In this document: piece after piece, positions 50,643 through 64,000 of the stretch
How positions within the stretch are numbered: the first letter of the stretch is position 1
Layout of the letters: each line of letters starts with the position of its first letter
From: Octopus sinensis
Lineage: Eukaryota
Direction: 5' to 3'
Length of the DNA stretch: 64,000 bases
Assembly: GCF_006345805.1 (NCBI RefSeq)
Contig: NC_042998.1
Span: 165,602,001-165,666,000 of the forward strand
Program-made: the position numbers and the translations under genes
Notes under the pieces: generated by a model
Seen by the model: the letters and a program-made list of their open reading frames with translations, nothing else
What the model was told of the DNA's origin: nothing
The model's database searches: none

Positions 50643-52149
50643 GTTATTGAGGTAACGAATTGGCAAAATCGTTAGCACTCCAGCCAAAATGCTTAGCGGC
50701 ATTTCGTCCGACTCTACGACGTCGACTTAGCCTTTCATCATTATAGATTCGATGTAATTGACTAACCTCTTCACAACCAAATTTCAAGCGTTGTACGTAT
50801 ATCAGAAAGGATTAGTATTATTTTTAAGGTAGTGTGCTGGTAGTATCGTTAAGAAGGCAGACAAAATTCTTCGAGGTATTTCTTCCGGTTCTTTACGTTG
50901 TTTTCCTACTATCTTACTACCTCTTTCTATCTATCTATCTATCTCTCACTCTCTACTGGTGGCAAAGAAAAGAAGAACTATTCAATTTATCGTTTTCTCA
51001 GTCGACTAAATCAAAGTTTCATTAGAATTATTTTGTCAATGGCCCTAATAACATAAATGCTGTGCTTTAGATTACTTGCTACGAAGTTGATGTGATATAC
51101 CGTTACACACTGGATGTTTAATGTTTCACTGATTATTTTGTTTCGTGTAGTTTGTCTCGGATAGATCAATCTGTTGATTACTATCTCTCATTACAGGATT
51201 TCAATTTAGCAACAACAATGTAAACTCCACATGGTCGTTCGCCCTCCTAGAAATGACAGCCAATTTCCCTCATCCTACACTCTTACATCTTAAAAAGTAA
51301 ACACCCCATTAGATAACGTGACCCCGTAATTCATATTAAAGACGGGATAGTCACGAATGAAACCTCTGTTGTTATAAGTCTGCTCCATTGAGCGACTGTT
51401 TGGGAGGTAAACAACAATGAAACACTTATCAATACTATCGTGAATTTATGTAAAATTTCTCATCTTATCCTGTTAAATAATAAATTTGCAGCGTTTCTCT
51501 TATGAATTTTATTAGAAAATAGATATATACGAATGAAAACAATATTTTAAAATTATTAAATCTTATATATTTTAGAAAGAAAACGCAATCTTATATTTTA
51601 CTAATATTTGCTTTATTTGGAAGATAATTATAATTATTAATAATATGACAAGAGTTACTAAGGCAGCGAGCTGACAGAATCTTTAGCAACCCCGGGAAAA
51701 TGCTCGGAGACATTTCGTCCGTCTTTACGTTCTGAGTTTACATTTCGCAGAGGTTGACTTTGCCTTTCATCCTTTCGAAGTCGATAAAATAACCACTACG
51801 CCATATGCCCGTGGCAATTATGGAGTGAATTTTAGGGCTTATAAATCTAATATTCTCCTATCCTTCCTTAATACCGGTTCCTATATGCTGTTCATATCAG
51901 CACTCAGTCTACTTAGAAGGTTGTTGTGTCCTAGAATATGTTCTGCTTCTTTTAGTTTTCGTATTTTCCAGTGGTGTTCTCTGTCTATTATTTTAACTTC
52001 CTCCCACCTCCCCCGAAATTGCTGACCTTGGGAAATTTTGAAATCAATATTCTCTAGATTCCGATTCCAACCCACGATCCAGTTTCAATTGTTAGTGCAA
52101 ATTCTTTCACAAACTCTTCAGCAAAGCCGTATAGATTACAATTATAACC

Positions 52150-53220
52150 AGAAAAATATTGATTTCAAATTTTTGGCACAAGGCCAACAATTTGGAGGGA
52201 GAGTGAATGGGTCGATTACGTTGGCCCCAATGTTCAGCTGGTACTTATTTTATCGATCCCGAAAGGATGAAAGGCAAAGTCGACTTCGGCAGAATTTTTA
52301 CTCAGAACATAAAGACAGGAAATGCTGCTAATCACGTATCCCGGAGGGCTAACGATTCTGCCAGCTCACCGTCCTCTTATTGCTAGAAAAGATTCGTTTC
52401 TTATGTAAGTGATAGAAACGCCGATACTTACAGAAAGAATCAGAAACTGAGACATTTACAACGTCGTAAATAACGTAAGGTGGAGTAATTTCAAATTAGA
52501 GTCGAAACCAAGTCCTTGTGGCAACTTAATAAAAAGGTATCATAAGATATATCTAATAATAATCCTTTCAATGAGAGGTACATCACCTGAAATTCTTTTT
52601 GATGGGGTGGGGAGCAATCGATTACATCAATCCTTGTAGGACTTCAGCTGAGACCATAAAGAACCAAAATAAATACCTCAGGGTATTTTGTTCGACACCC
52701 AAACAATTCTCTTCATCCACTGTCCAAATGATATAATAGTAACACTTTCGGCTATCGGTACAAGGCCGGACATTTTGGGGAGGGGTTAGTTGATTACATC
52801 GACCCCAGTACTGCACTGTTACTTATTTTATCGACCCCAAAAAGTATAAAAGGCAAAATCGACCTCGGGGTAATTTGAACATGACATCCTGATTTCAAAT
52901 ACCACTGAGGTCGACTTTGCCATTCATCCTTTCGAAGTAAATATAATCGAATAATCGATTTACCCCGCCCCTGAAAATTGCTGGCTTTATGCCAAACTTT
53001 AGAAAAATTTGAAGCCAGCAAGCTGGTAGAATAGTTATTATGCGGGCAAGATGCTTACTGGCATTTCTTCCGGATTTACAATCTGAGCTCAAATGTCGTC
53101 GAGGTCGATTTTGCCTTTCATCCTTTCGGAGTCGATAAAATAAGTATCAATTGAACACTGGGGTCAATGTAATCGCTTACTTCCTACTCCAAAATTGTTG
53201 GCCTTGTGCGAGATTTCGAA
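52150..53220. mobile_element. Cluster of diverged SINE B fragments in mixed orientation
   Basis: Central block seen at about 52250 (-), 52830 (-), 52910 (+) and 53110 (+). Confidence 0.8.
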
Positions 53221-53234
53221 ATTTAGTGTTACTA

Positions 53235-54540
53235 AGGCTGCCATCTGGCAGAATCGTTAGCACGCTGGGCGAAGCGCTTAGCGGTATTTCGTTTGCCGTT
53301 ACGTTCTGAGTTAAAATTCCGCCGAGGTCGACTTTGCCTTTCATCCTTTCGGGGTCGATTAAATAAGTACCAGTTACGCACTGGGGTCGATATAATCGAC
53401 TTAATCCGTTGTCTGTCGTTGTTTGTCCCCTCTGTGTTTAGCCCCTTGTGGGTAGTAAAGAAATAGATATTTCGTCCGTCATTACATTCTGAGTTCAAAT
53501 TCCACCAGGTCGACTTTGCTTTTCATTCTTTCGGGATGGATAAAATCGTACCAGTTAAGCACTGAATCGACACAATCGACTAGCCCCTCCCCAACAAAAA
53601 AAATTTCAGGCTGTGCGCCTGAATTATTTTTATTTAGGTCGAGAGCTGGCAGAATCGGACGATTTATGTGACGATCTGGCCCGTCGAACGAAAAATGCTG
53701 CTTACTCTTTGCATTCTGAGGTCAGCTTTGCCTTATATTCGGGGTCAATAAAATGAGAACTTGTCAAGTAATGGGGTCGTTGTAATCGATTTGCCCATTC
53801 CCTCAACATTGCTTGTCTCGTGCCACAATTAGAAAGAAGTGAAAGAGCTGGCAGAAACGATAAAATGCTTAGCTCTTTACATTCTGAGGTGAAATCTAAT
53901 CGAGGTTACCTTTGCCTTTCATCAGGATTGGTAAAATAAGAATTAGACAAACACTGGTGTTATTGTAATCGACTAACCGTCCCCTTCTCCTTTAATTGTT
54001 GGCCTTGTACCAAATTTTGAAACTACTACTACTACTACTATTAATTATTATTATTATATTATTATTATTATTATTATTATTATTCGAGGAGCTGGTAGAT
54101 TGGTTAGCACGCCGGGCAAAAATGCTTAGCGATATTTCGCCCATCGCTACGTTCTGAGTTCAAATTCCGCCGTGGTTGATTTTGCCTTTCATCCTTTCGC
54201 GATCGATAAATTAAGTGCCAGTGAAACAATGGTGTCCATGTGACTGACTCATTCCCTCCCACAAAATTGCTGTCTTGTGGCAAAATTTGAAGCCATTATT
54301 ATTATTATCATTATTATTTTTATTATCAAGGCGGCGAACTGGCAGAATCGTTAGCACGCCGGGCAAAATGTTTAGCGGTATTTCGCCTGTCGCTACATTC
54401 TGAGTTCAAATTCCGCCGAGGTCGACTTTGCCGTTCATCCTTTCGGGGTCGATAAATTAAGTACCAGTGAAACACTGGTGTCAATGTGATCGACTATCCC
54501 CCACCCCACAAATTCCAGGCCTTGAGCCTATATTAGAAAT
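53235..54540 (+). mobile_element. Head-to-tail array of about six SINE B copies
   Basis: Copies start near 53235 (B1), 53465, 53638, 53840, 54087 and 54330 (B2); the later ones are separated by (ATT)n. Confidence 0.85.
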
Positions 54541-54924
54541 TATTATTATTATTATTATTGTCAGTATCATTTTTTCCTTATTGGACACATGGTCCACGCA
54601 TATGTACAAATAAAACTAACTACTCGGGGTAACGAAAATAGTGATGGGATAGTCGAGTCAAATTTGTATTAAAAAATTTGAGGTGGATGAGGACTTTGTG
54701 CAAAGAACATTAAGAATTTGATATGAATTTAAAACGGATTAAATATGAAACAATATAAAACACGTAATAACTAAAACAAAATATAATTTAAATATAAAAT
54801 ATTCCATATAAATTGGGTAACCCACTGACATACCGGTGAGAAATCTCTACCTGGGTCAGATCAGGGAGCCCTACAATTCTGATCCTTTCTTTCTATTGTC
54901 TCATTTCTGGTGATGTAGTGCACG

Positions 54925-55045
54925 TGAAGTCGCGTGGCCCAGGGTTAGGGTGTTGCACTCATGATCGTAAGATTGTAGTTTCGATTCCCGGGCCGGATGA
55001 TGCGTTGAGTTCTTGAGCGAAACACTTCATTTCCGGTTGCTTCGG
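54925..55045 (+). mobile_element. tRNA-derived SINE family C head
   Basis: GCGTGGCCCAGGGTTAGG...TTCGATTCCC..TTCTTGAGCGAAACACTTCATTTC; relative on the minus strand at 61455-61560. Confidence 0.6.
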
Positions 55046-55439
55046 ACCAGCATCCCGTTCGTGGTTGGAGACATTTTGTAATCTTAATTACTTATACGCC
55101 TTGGAAACTAAATTAATCTTCGTCCTTATAAGTCCTAAGTAATTTTATGCAGTTTCTCTTCTCCAAAAATTGCTTTGAGCAGTTTCGTATCTGGACGACC
55201 TCAAGTTGTAAGCTACAGATTATAAACAACTAAAACCACTGCTGCAGACAATTCATGGATTTATGATACTATGTTCAAATTCCGCCGAGATAAACTTTGC
55301 TTGTCATCCTCATCCCTCTGAAAAGTAAAATACGAATGAAGTACCGAGATCAATGTAAGCGACTAAACCCCTCAAAAATGTCTGGTCTTTTGCTTAAATT
55401 ATCAACAATAGAGGAATTGATATGAAATTCTTTTTAGCA

Positions 55440-56900
55440 AATTATTCGAAGGCAACCATGAAGAGAAGAATTTTAACTAATAACACTATATCATGATAGA
55501 TAAAAATATGTAGCTGATGAGAATAAACAACTTATTGCAGTGTCTCTGGCAGCCAAGTGTTAGCCAAGAGAGAATGTATCAACCTGTATGGCACAGACCG
55601 GACTTTCATGCACAGGAAGTTATGCCAAGTTTATGTTATACCAAAAGAAAAAAATTATATAAATTTAGGATACGCCAAAGCGTCTAAATCTTAGAATATG
55701 CCAAAGAAATTATATTCTGATATATTGCCAATCTACAAATGCATGATGATGAAGGCTAATTGACGGTAAATTGTTGCTGCCAAGGACTATCCAGAAAGTG
55801 AGAATTTACAATTGCAGAAAGAAATTATGAGAGAATATTTACGAAAGATTACTAAAGGCAGAGATGTAAAAAGCATTAAAAGCATATACCAGGAAATAAA
55901 GTTAAAATGGAATGATATATTTAGCACTTAAAATGCGCGGGTAGATATGTACTCCGTGGAAAATAGTAGTCAGAAGATATGCCATGTTCAGCGCCAGAAA
56001 GGTGAGATCTGATGATGAAGGAGCCTAAATAAACATAAATAAAATTAAAGATGTATGGAAGGAAATCTGATGGAATTTAAAATGAAAGTTTATAAAAGAT
56101 AAAGATATAGCTTAAAAGAAGAGAAATATTTAATAGCTTACATTCTAATTTTTTGCGTGGCTCATGTGTAATTTAAAATCCAGGAATAGCTGTCCATTTG
56201 TTATCGGTTAGAAATAATTATTAGAAAAAAGAACGGGAAGAAATCCAAGGGATATTGAATACATGCATATTATGCAAGAAAAAGAATATAGTATCTGCTG
56301 TCTGAATACGAAGTTATTGTTTAGAATGACTAGCAACACATTTATGGTCCTAGCTGTGGTTTAGAAAAGCAAGACTGGATAAGAAAAATTGAAATGAAAT
56401 TTTATTAGGATTTTGAATAACGTACTTGCAAATCTACCACTGCCACAAAACCTGGTTGTGCACCTTAAATCAAATGCAAAAGTAGGAAATGTGGAATGTG
56501 CAATACTGAACATCACCATAAACAAACTAACCATATGACAAGTTAAATATAGGACTAGATTTTACCCCTTAATTCTCGCCAATAAAACAGAAAAGGCTAT
56601 CTCAACATTCACATAATCACAAAACAATCCAAAATTTATGTCCTGTAGTTGATGTTAAGAGAAAAGCTTTATTACTGGTCGTTCAGAAGAGAAAGCCCAG
56701 TTGCTAAATATGTGGAGATAACGATCATTTAAGTAATTCGTAGACAGTTGAAGCTAAAAAGAAAGAAAAGACATTGGAAAAGGTACAGAAACAGCATGTA
56801 GCGGGAGGCTGCTGTTCCTAGCCAACAGCTACAGCCTATCGTCTTTTGAAATGACTAGGAGATGAAAATGAGAAGAGTGGAAGTCTGCTAGTGTAACTGG
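55440..56900 (+). pseudogene. Possible very decayed non-LTR RT relic
   Basis: Purine-rich coding-like bias; only faint motifs (VWKEI*W, YSICCLNTK cf. YRPIxCLNT). Confidence 0.25.
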
Positions 56901-58865
56901 GAAAGGCAAGAAATGAAGGAAATTAAAATAAATAACACTTGCCAAAAGAACGAAAACATTAAAGAGAAATTGAGCTCATTTTCCTTCGCGTCGTATTGAA
57001 ATTCGCAATAATTTGCACGACAAACGAAGAACGGATAAAATGCATGAAGGATATATGGGACCATCTCTTGACAAATTCAGTGTAAAATAGCGAGGTGATG
57101 AGCCCCAATTATGTTAGGTGTGCGAAACAATATATTAATACAAATTACTAAATGATCCTTAGAAGCACTTTACGCAAACTTTTGCCAAGGCCTTTTTTTT
57201 TTTGCATTCTGATCCAAATATTGCCCGCAAACAGATAGAAACAAGTGATAAATTGTTTCTTCTTAATCTCCACACATTCTTTATTTTCCATCTCATTGGT
57301 GTTCTTATTCAATTTTTCTTTCTTCATGGTTACCCTAGAATTTCACATCAATTCCTCTAGTAAATCCATGTACTCTCTGCGGCAGTGTTTTTAGCTGTTT
57401 ATCATCTGCAACGTACACTTTGAGATTGCCATATACAAAAGATGGTTATTTACCATCTCATAGCATGTTTATCCAAGTCCGTTTTGGTTTTACATATTAC
57501 TTAAAAGAATTTGAACTAGGAAAGAAAGAAATGGACACATAAACCCCATTGAATATTCTTCATCCAACAAATATTAGGTAACTTTTTTATAATTCTTTCT
57601 TTTGTCTATACCTATAAGATTGTTAGCCATTTACTCACGACAGACTAAATGTATCCGTTTATTATTGATGCTACTTTACTCATGATTAATCTTCCTAGCA
57701 TCCATGTTTGGAGACACACCGTGAAAAGCTTTATAGTAGTCACACCAACTTAAAATCTTTCTTTCTCCTTCTACAGTATTTTTTATGGCTTTGATAATCA
57801 GTTATTGATCTTTACAGTCACATGAACCTTTAAATCATCCTTTATGGGAGTGTATTGTCAACACGGTGACCAGAAATCATAATGTCAATACTGTTAACAT
57901 AACATTGCTATTATATACATATTATATTTTTAAGCTTATCAGTATCAGGAGTATGACTATCGCGATAACAAAAATGCTGTTATTATATTTACTATTATTT
58001 ACACCACACAATTATTTGCAACTTTGTCAACCGAATTGACTGCATCACTTTCACAAAACTGGAGCTATTAATATTATTAAAGGCGGTAGTGACAGTTGAT
58101 AGCCGGAAAAAATCTTGTATTGTATTTAGTCATGGTAGGTTATGCTTTTCGTCCTTCAGAAGTCAGCAAAATACGTGACACCATATATTTTAGGCCAGAA
58201 TTTGAAATCATTACTGTTATTATTAAGACAGCAAGTTGCTGTTTAACTGGAACGTCAGTCCTGACCGAGCAGACTTATGATCAAAGGCTTCCCAGCCATG
58301 ACCGACCCGTCTTTTTCGGGGTATCTAGTACACTATTTAAATATCCTTTTTTAAGCCGGCAGAGTGCGATTTTAGAATTTTTTTATTTCTATCAGGCTCC
58401 TCGTTAGGTCTGCGAATTTGGGTAACGGCGGTTAATCTTGTGCTGATTCAAACAAAATTATTTCATTGATTAATACTAAGTGACAATACACTTCATCAGG
58501 TGACAGTATCAATTAAGATGATTAAGACTTTTAGCTCTCCCGTCCCTAAATACAAAAAATAGCAAAGAAATCTTTCACAAATCACGTAATAGTCTTAAAA
58601 AGGGAAGGTATTGCATTATGTAGTTGTAGAAAAAATAAGACGGAGTGGTCACATCTGGAACAGTTTTGATCATAGATCTACTCTGAAATGGCTTTCTTAT
58701 GGTTAAACACTACCACCAACAACAAAACAGTGGTAAAACAAGAAGTAGTATAAGTTTACTAGTCAGAAACTAGCTCCATTATAGTGTTATTTAAGACTTA
58801 CGACACCTGAACTTGGAAAATTATGAAACGGACAATGAAAAGATATTAAGCAAAAAAGAAAATCA

Positions 58866-58941
<76 letters not shown>

Positions 58942-58952
58942 GAGAAAGAAAG
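58866..58952. repeat. (GAAA)n microsatellite
   Basis: Near-perfect tetranucleotide run. Confidence 0.95.
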
Positions 58953-59440
58953 AAATACGTAGATATATAGATATACAGATATTTGATTCATCTACAATAC
59001 AATGTGAACAAACATAAGCATATATAAGTAACGATAACTGGCAGAGCAAAAGATTTAGACACGTAATGTAAACAGATGCACAAAGAAAACTGAGACATTT
59101 TAATTCCATGGACAACCAAGATATTTCAAATCACACAATGAAAAACGACATGTCCTTTGGCCTGAGTTGTTTTCAATCGTATTTCTGCTACGTTAAAAGC
59201 AACGCCGGGAAGTACAAAAAATACAGTAAAAGTAATTGAATACAGCTTACAATATTGAGTAAATATCGTCTGAGAATTTTGTATACATGAAAAACATGGT
59301 AAAATGAGTACGTAAATAAATCTTTTAAAAAATTAAATGAAGATATTGAAAAAATGTGGAAGTTTCTTTTGTCTTCTAGTCTATACCTAGGATTAGGTTA
59401 TATCTGTTCAACTTATTTGCAGTTTTAGCTATTTGAAGAT

Positions 59441-59595
59441 AGGAGTGGCTGTGTGGTAAGTAGCTTACTTACCAGCCACATAGTTCCGAGTTCAGTCCCG
59501 CTGCGTGGCACCTTGGGCAAGTGTCTTCTACTATAGCTTCGAGCCGACCAAAACCTTGTGAGTGGATTTGGTTGACGGAAACTGAAAGAAGCCAG

Positions 59596-59631
<36 letters not shown>

Positions 59632-59995
59632 GTGTGTGTGTGCGTGTGTGTGTGTGTGTGTGTTCGTGTTTGTCAACCCAACATCACTTGACAACCGATG
59701 CTGGTGTTTTACGTCCCCGTTACTTAGCGGTTCAGTAAAAGGACCGATAGGATAAGTACTAGGCTTACAAAGAATAAGTCCTGGGGTCGATTTGCTCGAC
59801 TAAAGGCAGTGTTCCAGCATGGCCGCAGTTGCATGACGAACAAGGAAAAGAGTATTGTGTGTGTGTATGTCTGTCTGTCTGTCTGTTTGTCTATCTGTCG
59901 GTCTGTCTGTCAACCCAACATCACTTGACAACCGATGCTGGTGTGTTTACGTTCCCGTTAATTAGCGGTTCGGCAAAAGGACTGATAGAATAAAT
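59441..59995 (+). mobile_element. SINE A (59441-59850) plus local re-duplication of its 3' module (about 59890-59995)
   Basis: Both 3' modules share the variant TGTCAACCCAACATCACTTGACAACC. Confidence 0.85.
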
Positions 59996-60705
59996 ATGCC
60001 AAATTCCTTCATCAGTTGTTCAATGTGACTTAGCACGAATAGAGACCTATGAGAGAAAGTAGGACAGGATGTCGAAAATGAAATGATGGTCATTACCACG
60101 TGCTTTTCATTGCGGTTTAGCATCATGTTGCTTGCATTTTGCTGAGCTAGAATAGAATGATTTAGATGTCCACAAGGGTGATATACAGAGCTTTTAATGC
60201 ATTTACAAGAAATAATATTTCTCTTTATAGCTAAGGTAGCTTTCGAAATTATAAGTTGATTGGATTAGGAAGTTGAATTCATATGAATTTTCTCATCTAT
60301 TTGTAAATCTAGCGATGGAGAAACTGTAGTATTGCCTTTCATTCTTTCTAAATTGATGCAATTGTTAATGCTTATATAATTTTCTAGTCACGTTCCGTTA
60401 TCATTTCATATAAACAACATTATCGTAATCATAATAACTTGGCCACAATTTTATAGCAGAGAGATCCCCAGAAGAATCAGGGAGTAGATTTTAATAAAAT
60501 AGAGGTATTCTGTTAGAATAACAAATATTCAGAAATCAGTTGTATAAACATTTTATAAAATATGATCCAGATCAAAATAGCAAGGCCACAACTCACTGAA
60601 TTTGGAGAAATAAAAGTCCTTTAAACAGCAACCATAATGGTAAATATCATCAATAAAAACAATTCCAGTTGCAGCCCAGTAATCCTAACTGACACTTCAC
60701 AGTAT

Positions 60706-61141
60706 TTAAGTTAAGTTAAGTTAAGTTAATTTTTTGGCTCAAAAAGCAAAAAGCAAGGCCATGTAGGGGGACATGGAGTTATGTACAGGGCGGTGTTCAT
60801 GCAAAGAGTTCAGGCCATTTCCGGTCAAGGGAGACTTTGAACGGAGCGGTCGTCGGCATCTTCCCTATCTCGTCCGGCAGCTTATTCCACGGATCCGCAA
60901 CCCGGACGGAGAAAGCCCCTCTCCTTCGATTGAGATGAAATCGTCGCAGATAGAGCTCTTCGGAATGACCCCGCAACCGACGCTCTGGAGCAGGAGTGAA
61001 GAACAGCTCTTTAGAGAGGTTACACTTTCCGCTTATGATGTTGTGAGCAAGAATGAGATCACCACGGCGTCGTCGTTTTTCTAGAAAATAAAGGTCGAGC
61101 GTCTTCAGCCTTTCTTCATAAGACAAATGCTTGAGACCATT
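60706..61141 (-). mobile_element. 5'-truncated CR1-type LINE 3' end with (TTAAC)n tail
   Basis: LSYEERLKTLDLYFLEKRRRRGDLI..RGH..L...RFHLNRRRGAFSVRVADPWNKLP..FKVSLD is the CR1 ORF2 C-terminus (ORF 60797-61126); short 3' UTR and pentamer tail. Confidence 0.92.
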
Positions 61142-61454
61142 TGTTTATGATTCCAGGTAAAATAACCAAATGCAATTCACTATAACTTCTCCCTTTATAT
61201 TCGATCCTCTTTGCCTCCTGTCTTGGCTAAATAAATTATTTTTCGTTGTTGCTGTTATTGCTGTTTAGTCCGAGAGCTACTCTAGTCAAGAAGACCTACG
61301 TGACCAACTATGACAGGAGGTTTGGCTGCTAGCGAGTCGGGGGATCATGCAGTAACTCCATTTAGTTTGATATCTGTTATTTTAGAATTTTTTTATCCAG
61401 CGGTATATCCAGGATGTTACAGCTGGAAACAAAGCACCGATTGGTATTAATTTG

Positions 61455-61560
61455 CAGCTGAGTAAAGTAGAGCAATGTGAAATGAAGTGCCTTGCTCAAT
61501 GATACAACACACCACTCGGTCCAGGAACTGAACCTCCTTACCACTAGAACACGTGCCTTC
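61455..61560 (-). mobile_element. SINE family C fragment
   Basis: Minus strand TTGAGCAAGGCACTTCATTTCACATTGCTCTACTTTACTCAGCTG. Confidence 0.55.
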
Positions 61561-63091
61561 GCTCCTATCTAGAAGGTCGGGCGATCACGTAGCAGTCTCC
61601 GTTGGATTGTTATTTGTCAATTTTTACTGTTTTAGTTGTAGTAGTAAAATTTTGTAGAATAAGAGTTAAACACCAATCGAACCATATGAGTGACTGACTT
61701 TATCTGTTTTACTTTATTGTCTCTGTTAGTGACATTGCGAGGAAAGATGCTCGTACAAATTTCTATTCATTCTCACTTAACTTATAGTAGTTACATCATC
61801 ATCACGCAACCAGCTGAATATCATGGGCCACTCTAATCCTAACTATGGTTAGTTACAGGTGTGTTAGTCACAGGTGTGTGAGACGCTTCCAGTGTCTTCT
61901 GCCGTGTCTTGTAAGTACCGGTGTGATTTGAACTCATAATACAAAGAGCCGGAAGAAATAACTCAAAATCCACTATCGTCCGACTTTGTAATCATAATGC
62001 CCGTCCGTCACCGTAGATTGATACTTTATTTATCGACTCTGCAAGGTGGAAAGGCAAGGCTGTTTTCGGCGGGGATTTGAATCCAGAAAAAACGCTCTGC
62101 ATATCGTCCGGCATTTCTGCTAATTTACCGCTTTAGCGTTTTTTTTCCCCACAATTTTTTGTTCGGAGTTCAAATTTCACTTCAGGTGAATTTGTCTATG
62201 AGCTTTGTATCAGTTTCATATGTGAATGATTTAATCGATCATGTGTCAGAAGACATAATTTTGCAAATGTTGAGCTTCCACCCGCAATAACCTACTGGCT
62301 AAGTATGTTTTTTGTCTATTCAAAGTTCTAGCACTTGCTACTTCGTGGTCAGATTTTACCAACGCAGATCATTTTTTGTTTTCTTTATTTCTCAAAAGTA
62401 TAGCGACCTGTATAGTAACAAAACCGATTCATCATGTAAGCCACGTGAGAAAATTTTAGAAGCTTTTTAATAAGACAGTAAATGTATAAAGACATGTGTG
62501 CTTACTCGAAACAAACAATTTGTATCGTGATAGAGTCATAGTAACCATAAAAATTTAGTTTTATTATTATTTTACATCAAGTTGTTATGTACAGAAGTAA
62601 TGTATCAGAAAGAAGATCATAGGTGCACAACGAAAATCTTTTATACTTAATATTATATAACATTGATTTTTTAAATCTATAAATAATGTAAATGTGAATA
62701 TAACAATATGCGAGTATGTTTTAATTGCTACAATGACAAAAACTTAGATATCTACAAACATTTTAACTTATTTCAGTATACAACATGTTTAATATTGCTT
62801 GCATTGAAATTATCTTTTTACGTATTAAATAGGTGTCATTTCTTGTTTCTTTTTAAAATATAATATTGTATGAAATAAACAATTTTTTTAGTAGGGTTTT
62901 CCTGTAAATTACATAATTCAACTTCACAAAAAGAAAGACTTCTTGTTTTACGTTAATTATTTTACTAAATTTCATTGTTATATTTCATAAAACAATGATT
63001 TCAATCTGATTAGTCAGTAACTTCCGTTGCTATAATCTTTATTCAAGGTTTCTAACCGTTATAAATGGTTTCAATTGAAACATTAAAGATC

Positions 63092-63220
63092 TTTGCCTTT
63101 CATCCTTTCGGGGTCGACAAATTAAGTACCAGTCACGTACTGGGTCGATGTAATCGACTTAATCCGTTTGCCTGTCCTTGTTTGTCCCCTCTATGTTTAG
63201 CCCCTTGTGGGTAGTAAAGA
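63092..63220 (+). mobile_element. SINE B (B1) 3' half
   Basis: Central block plus B1 tail. Confidence 0.9.
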
Positions 63221-64000
63221 TTTAATATAAGAATAAACACCATTTCCGGAAAAGATACAAAAAAGAATAATTGTTTAGAATTTACTGAAGGTTGAAAATA
63301 ATGTAAATAATGGAAATGATCCTTAAGATGTACTATAGAAAACAAAAATTATGAATAAAACGCGGTTTTTGATAAAAAGATAACATTACAAACTTCATTG
63401 ACAATTTGCAGAGTATTAACATTGTTGAGATAAAAGCTTCAAAAAAAAAAAAAAAAGAAATCTTATTCTACAGCTTTATAAAAATGTTGATAATTTTGTT
63501 TCCTTTGAAAGACAAATTGTTTTTAAAAAATATCAAATACTCCACTTTTTGTTCGTATTTTATTTCTTTCAATCCAAAAGCAAAAATCAAAAGAAAGAAA
63601 ATTCAAAAATATTTTTTAAATGACTTCAGCTCTCTGTTATGTTATTTTCTCAACATATTCTTTATTTGCTGTTTAATCTCCTTATCCATCTTTAAATGGC
63701 TCCGCCTGTGAAGTAGGTTTTAACGCTTTGAAGGAGGAAGTTCAAGACGACATATCAGCCATAAGTGACAAGAAAGATTGTTTCGATAGTTATTAAGCAA
63801 AACTTTCCTTGAAGACTATTGCTATTGTTTTCAAGTCCAAGGTGGAATGTTTCCCCTAATCCGAAGAGCTAGGGGTTCTCTCTCTAACGTCATGTAAGGA
63901 GTGTTTTGCTAAAAGCGGCATTCCGATAATCCTTGTTATCATTTAACAAGAATGTGAAAATCTTTTCTCAATGTTTGTCTAATTGTCAACAGTCCCACTA

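Noticed and set aside
58475-58505. CUGAUGA followed by hairpin AGUG/CACU on the minus strand as an HHR
   Set aside because: No GAAA follows stem II and no stem I or III forms.
61788-61847. Possible phase-1 second exon of the CBM14 gene (VTSSSRNQLNIMGHSNPNY)
   Set aside because: AG/GT sites are plausible but common by chance; no domain support.

Overview
AT-rich, gene-poor eukaryotic genomic DNA. It is very probably coleoid cephalopod (Octopus-like), inferred from the SINE families and microsatellite load rather than from a database search. The only host coding sequence I can support is one exon at 47959-48751 (+), encoding a signal peptide, a six-cysteine chitin-binding type-2 (CBM14/peritrophin-A) domain and a Thr/Ser/Lys-rich stalk, and ending in a phase-1 donor. 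Almost all ORF-track entries are translations of microsatellites, SINEs or antisense TE sequence. The rest of the window is repeats: tRNA-derived SINEs of at least three families, four to five Penelope-like element (PLE) remnants, a Helitron RepHel relic plus two non-autonomous Helitrons, mariner/Tc1/Tc2/hAT MITEs, a Tx1/L1-type ORF1 relic, a CR1 3' end and an R4/Dong 3' end. The most striking hidden layer is about a dozen hammerhead-ribozyme (HHR) or HHR-like motifs found by manual folding. Two sit inside retrozyme-like units bounded by direct repeats: a 481-nt unit at 7444-7997 with a fully canonical HHR, and a 358-nt unit at 37180-37633 with a near-canonical HHR at the tip of a long stem. 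Others carry recurrent non-canonical cores (U3-A8 covariation; A6U plus an extra A), or point outward from head-to-head palindromes that look like PLE inverted-terminus insertions. A 1.9-kb degenerate 10-bp CpG-rich array (38609-40470) is unexplained. All folds, alignments and translations were done by eye; ribozyme activity is untested.
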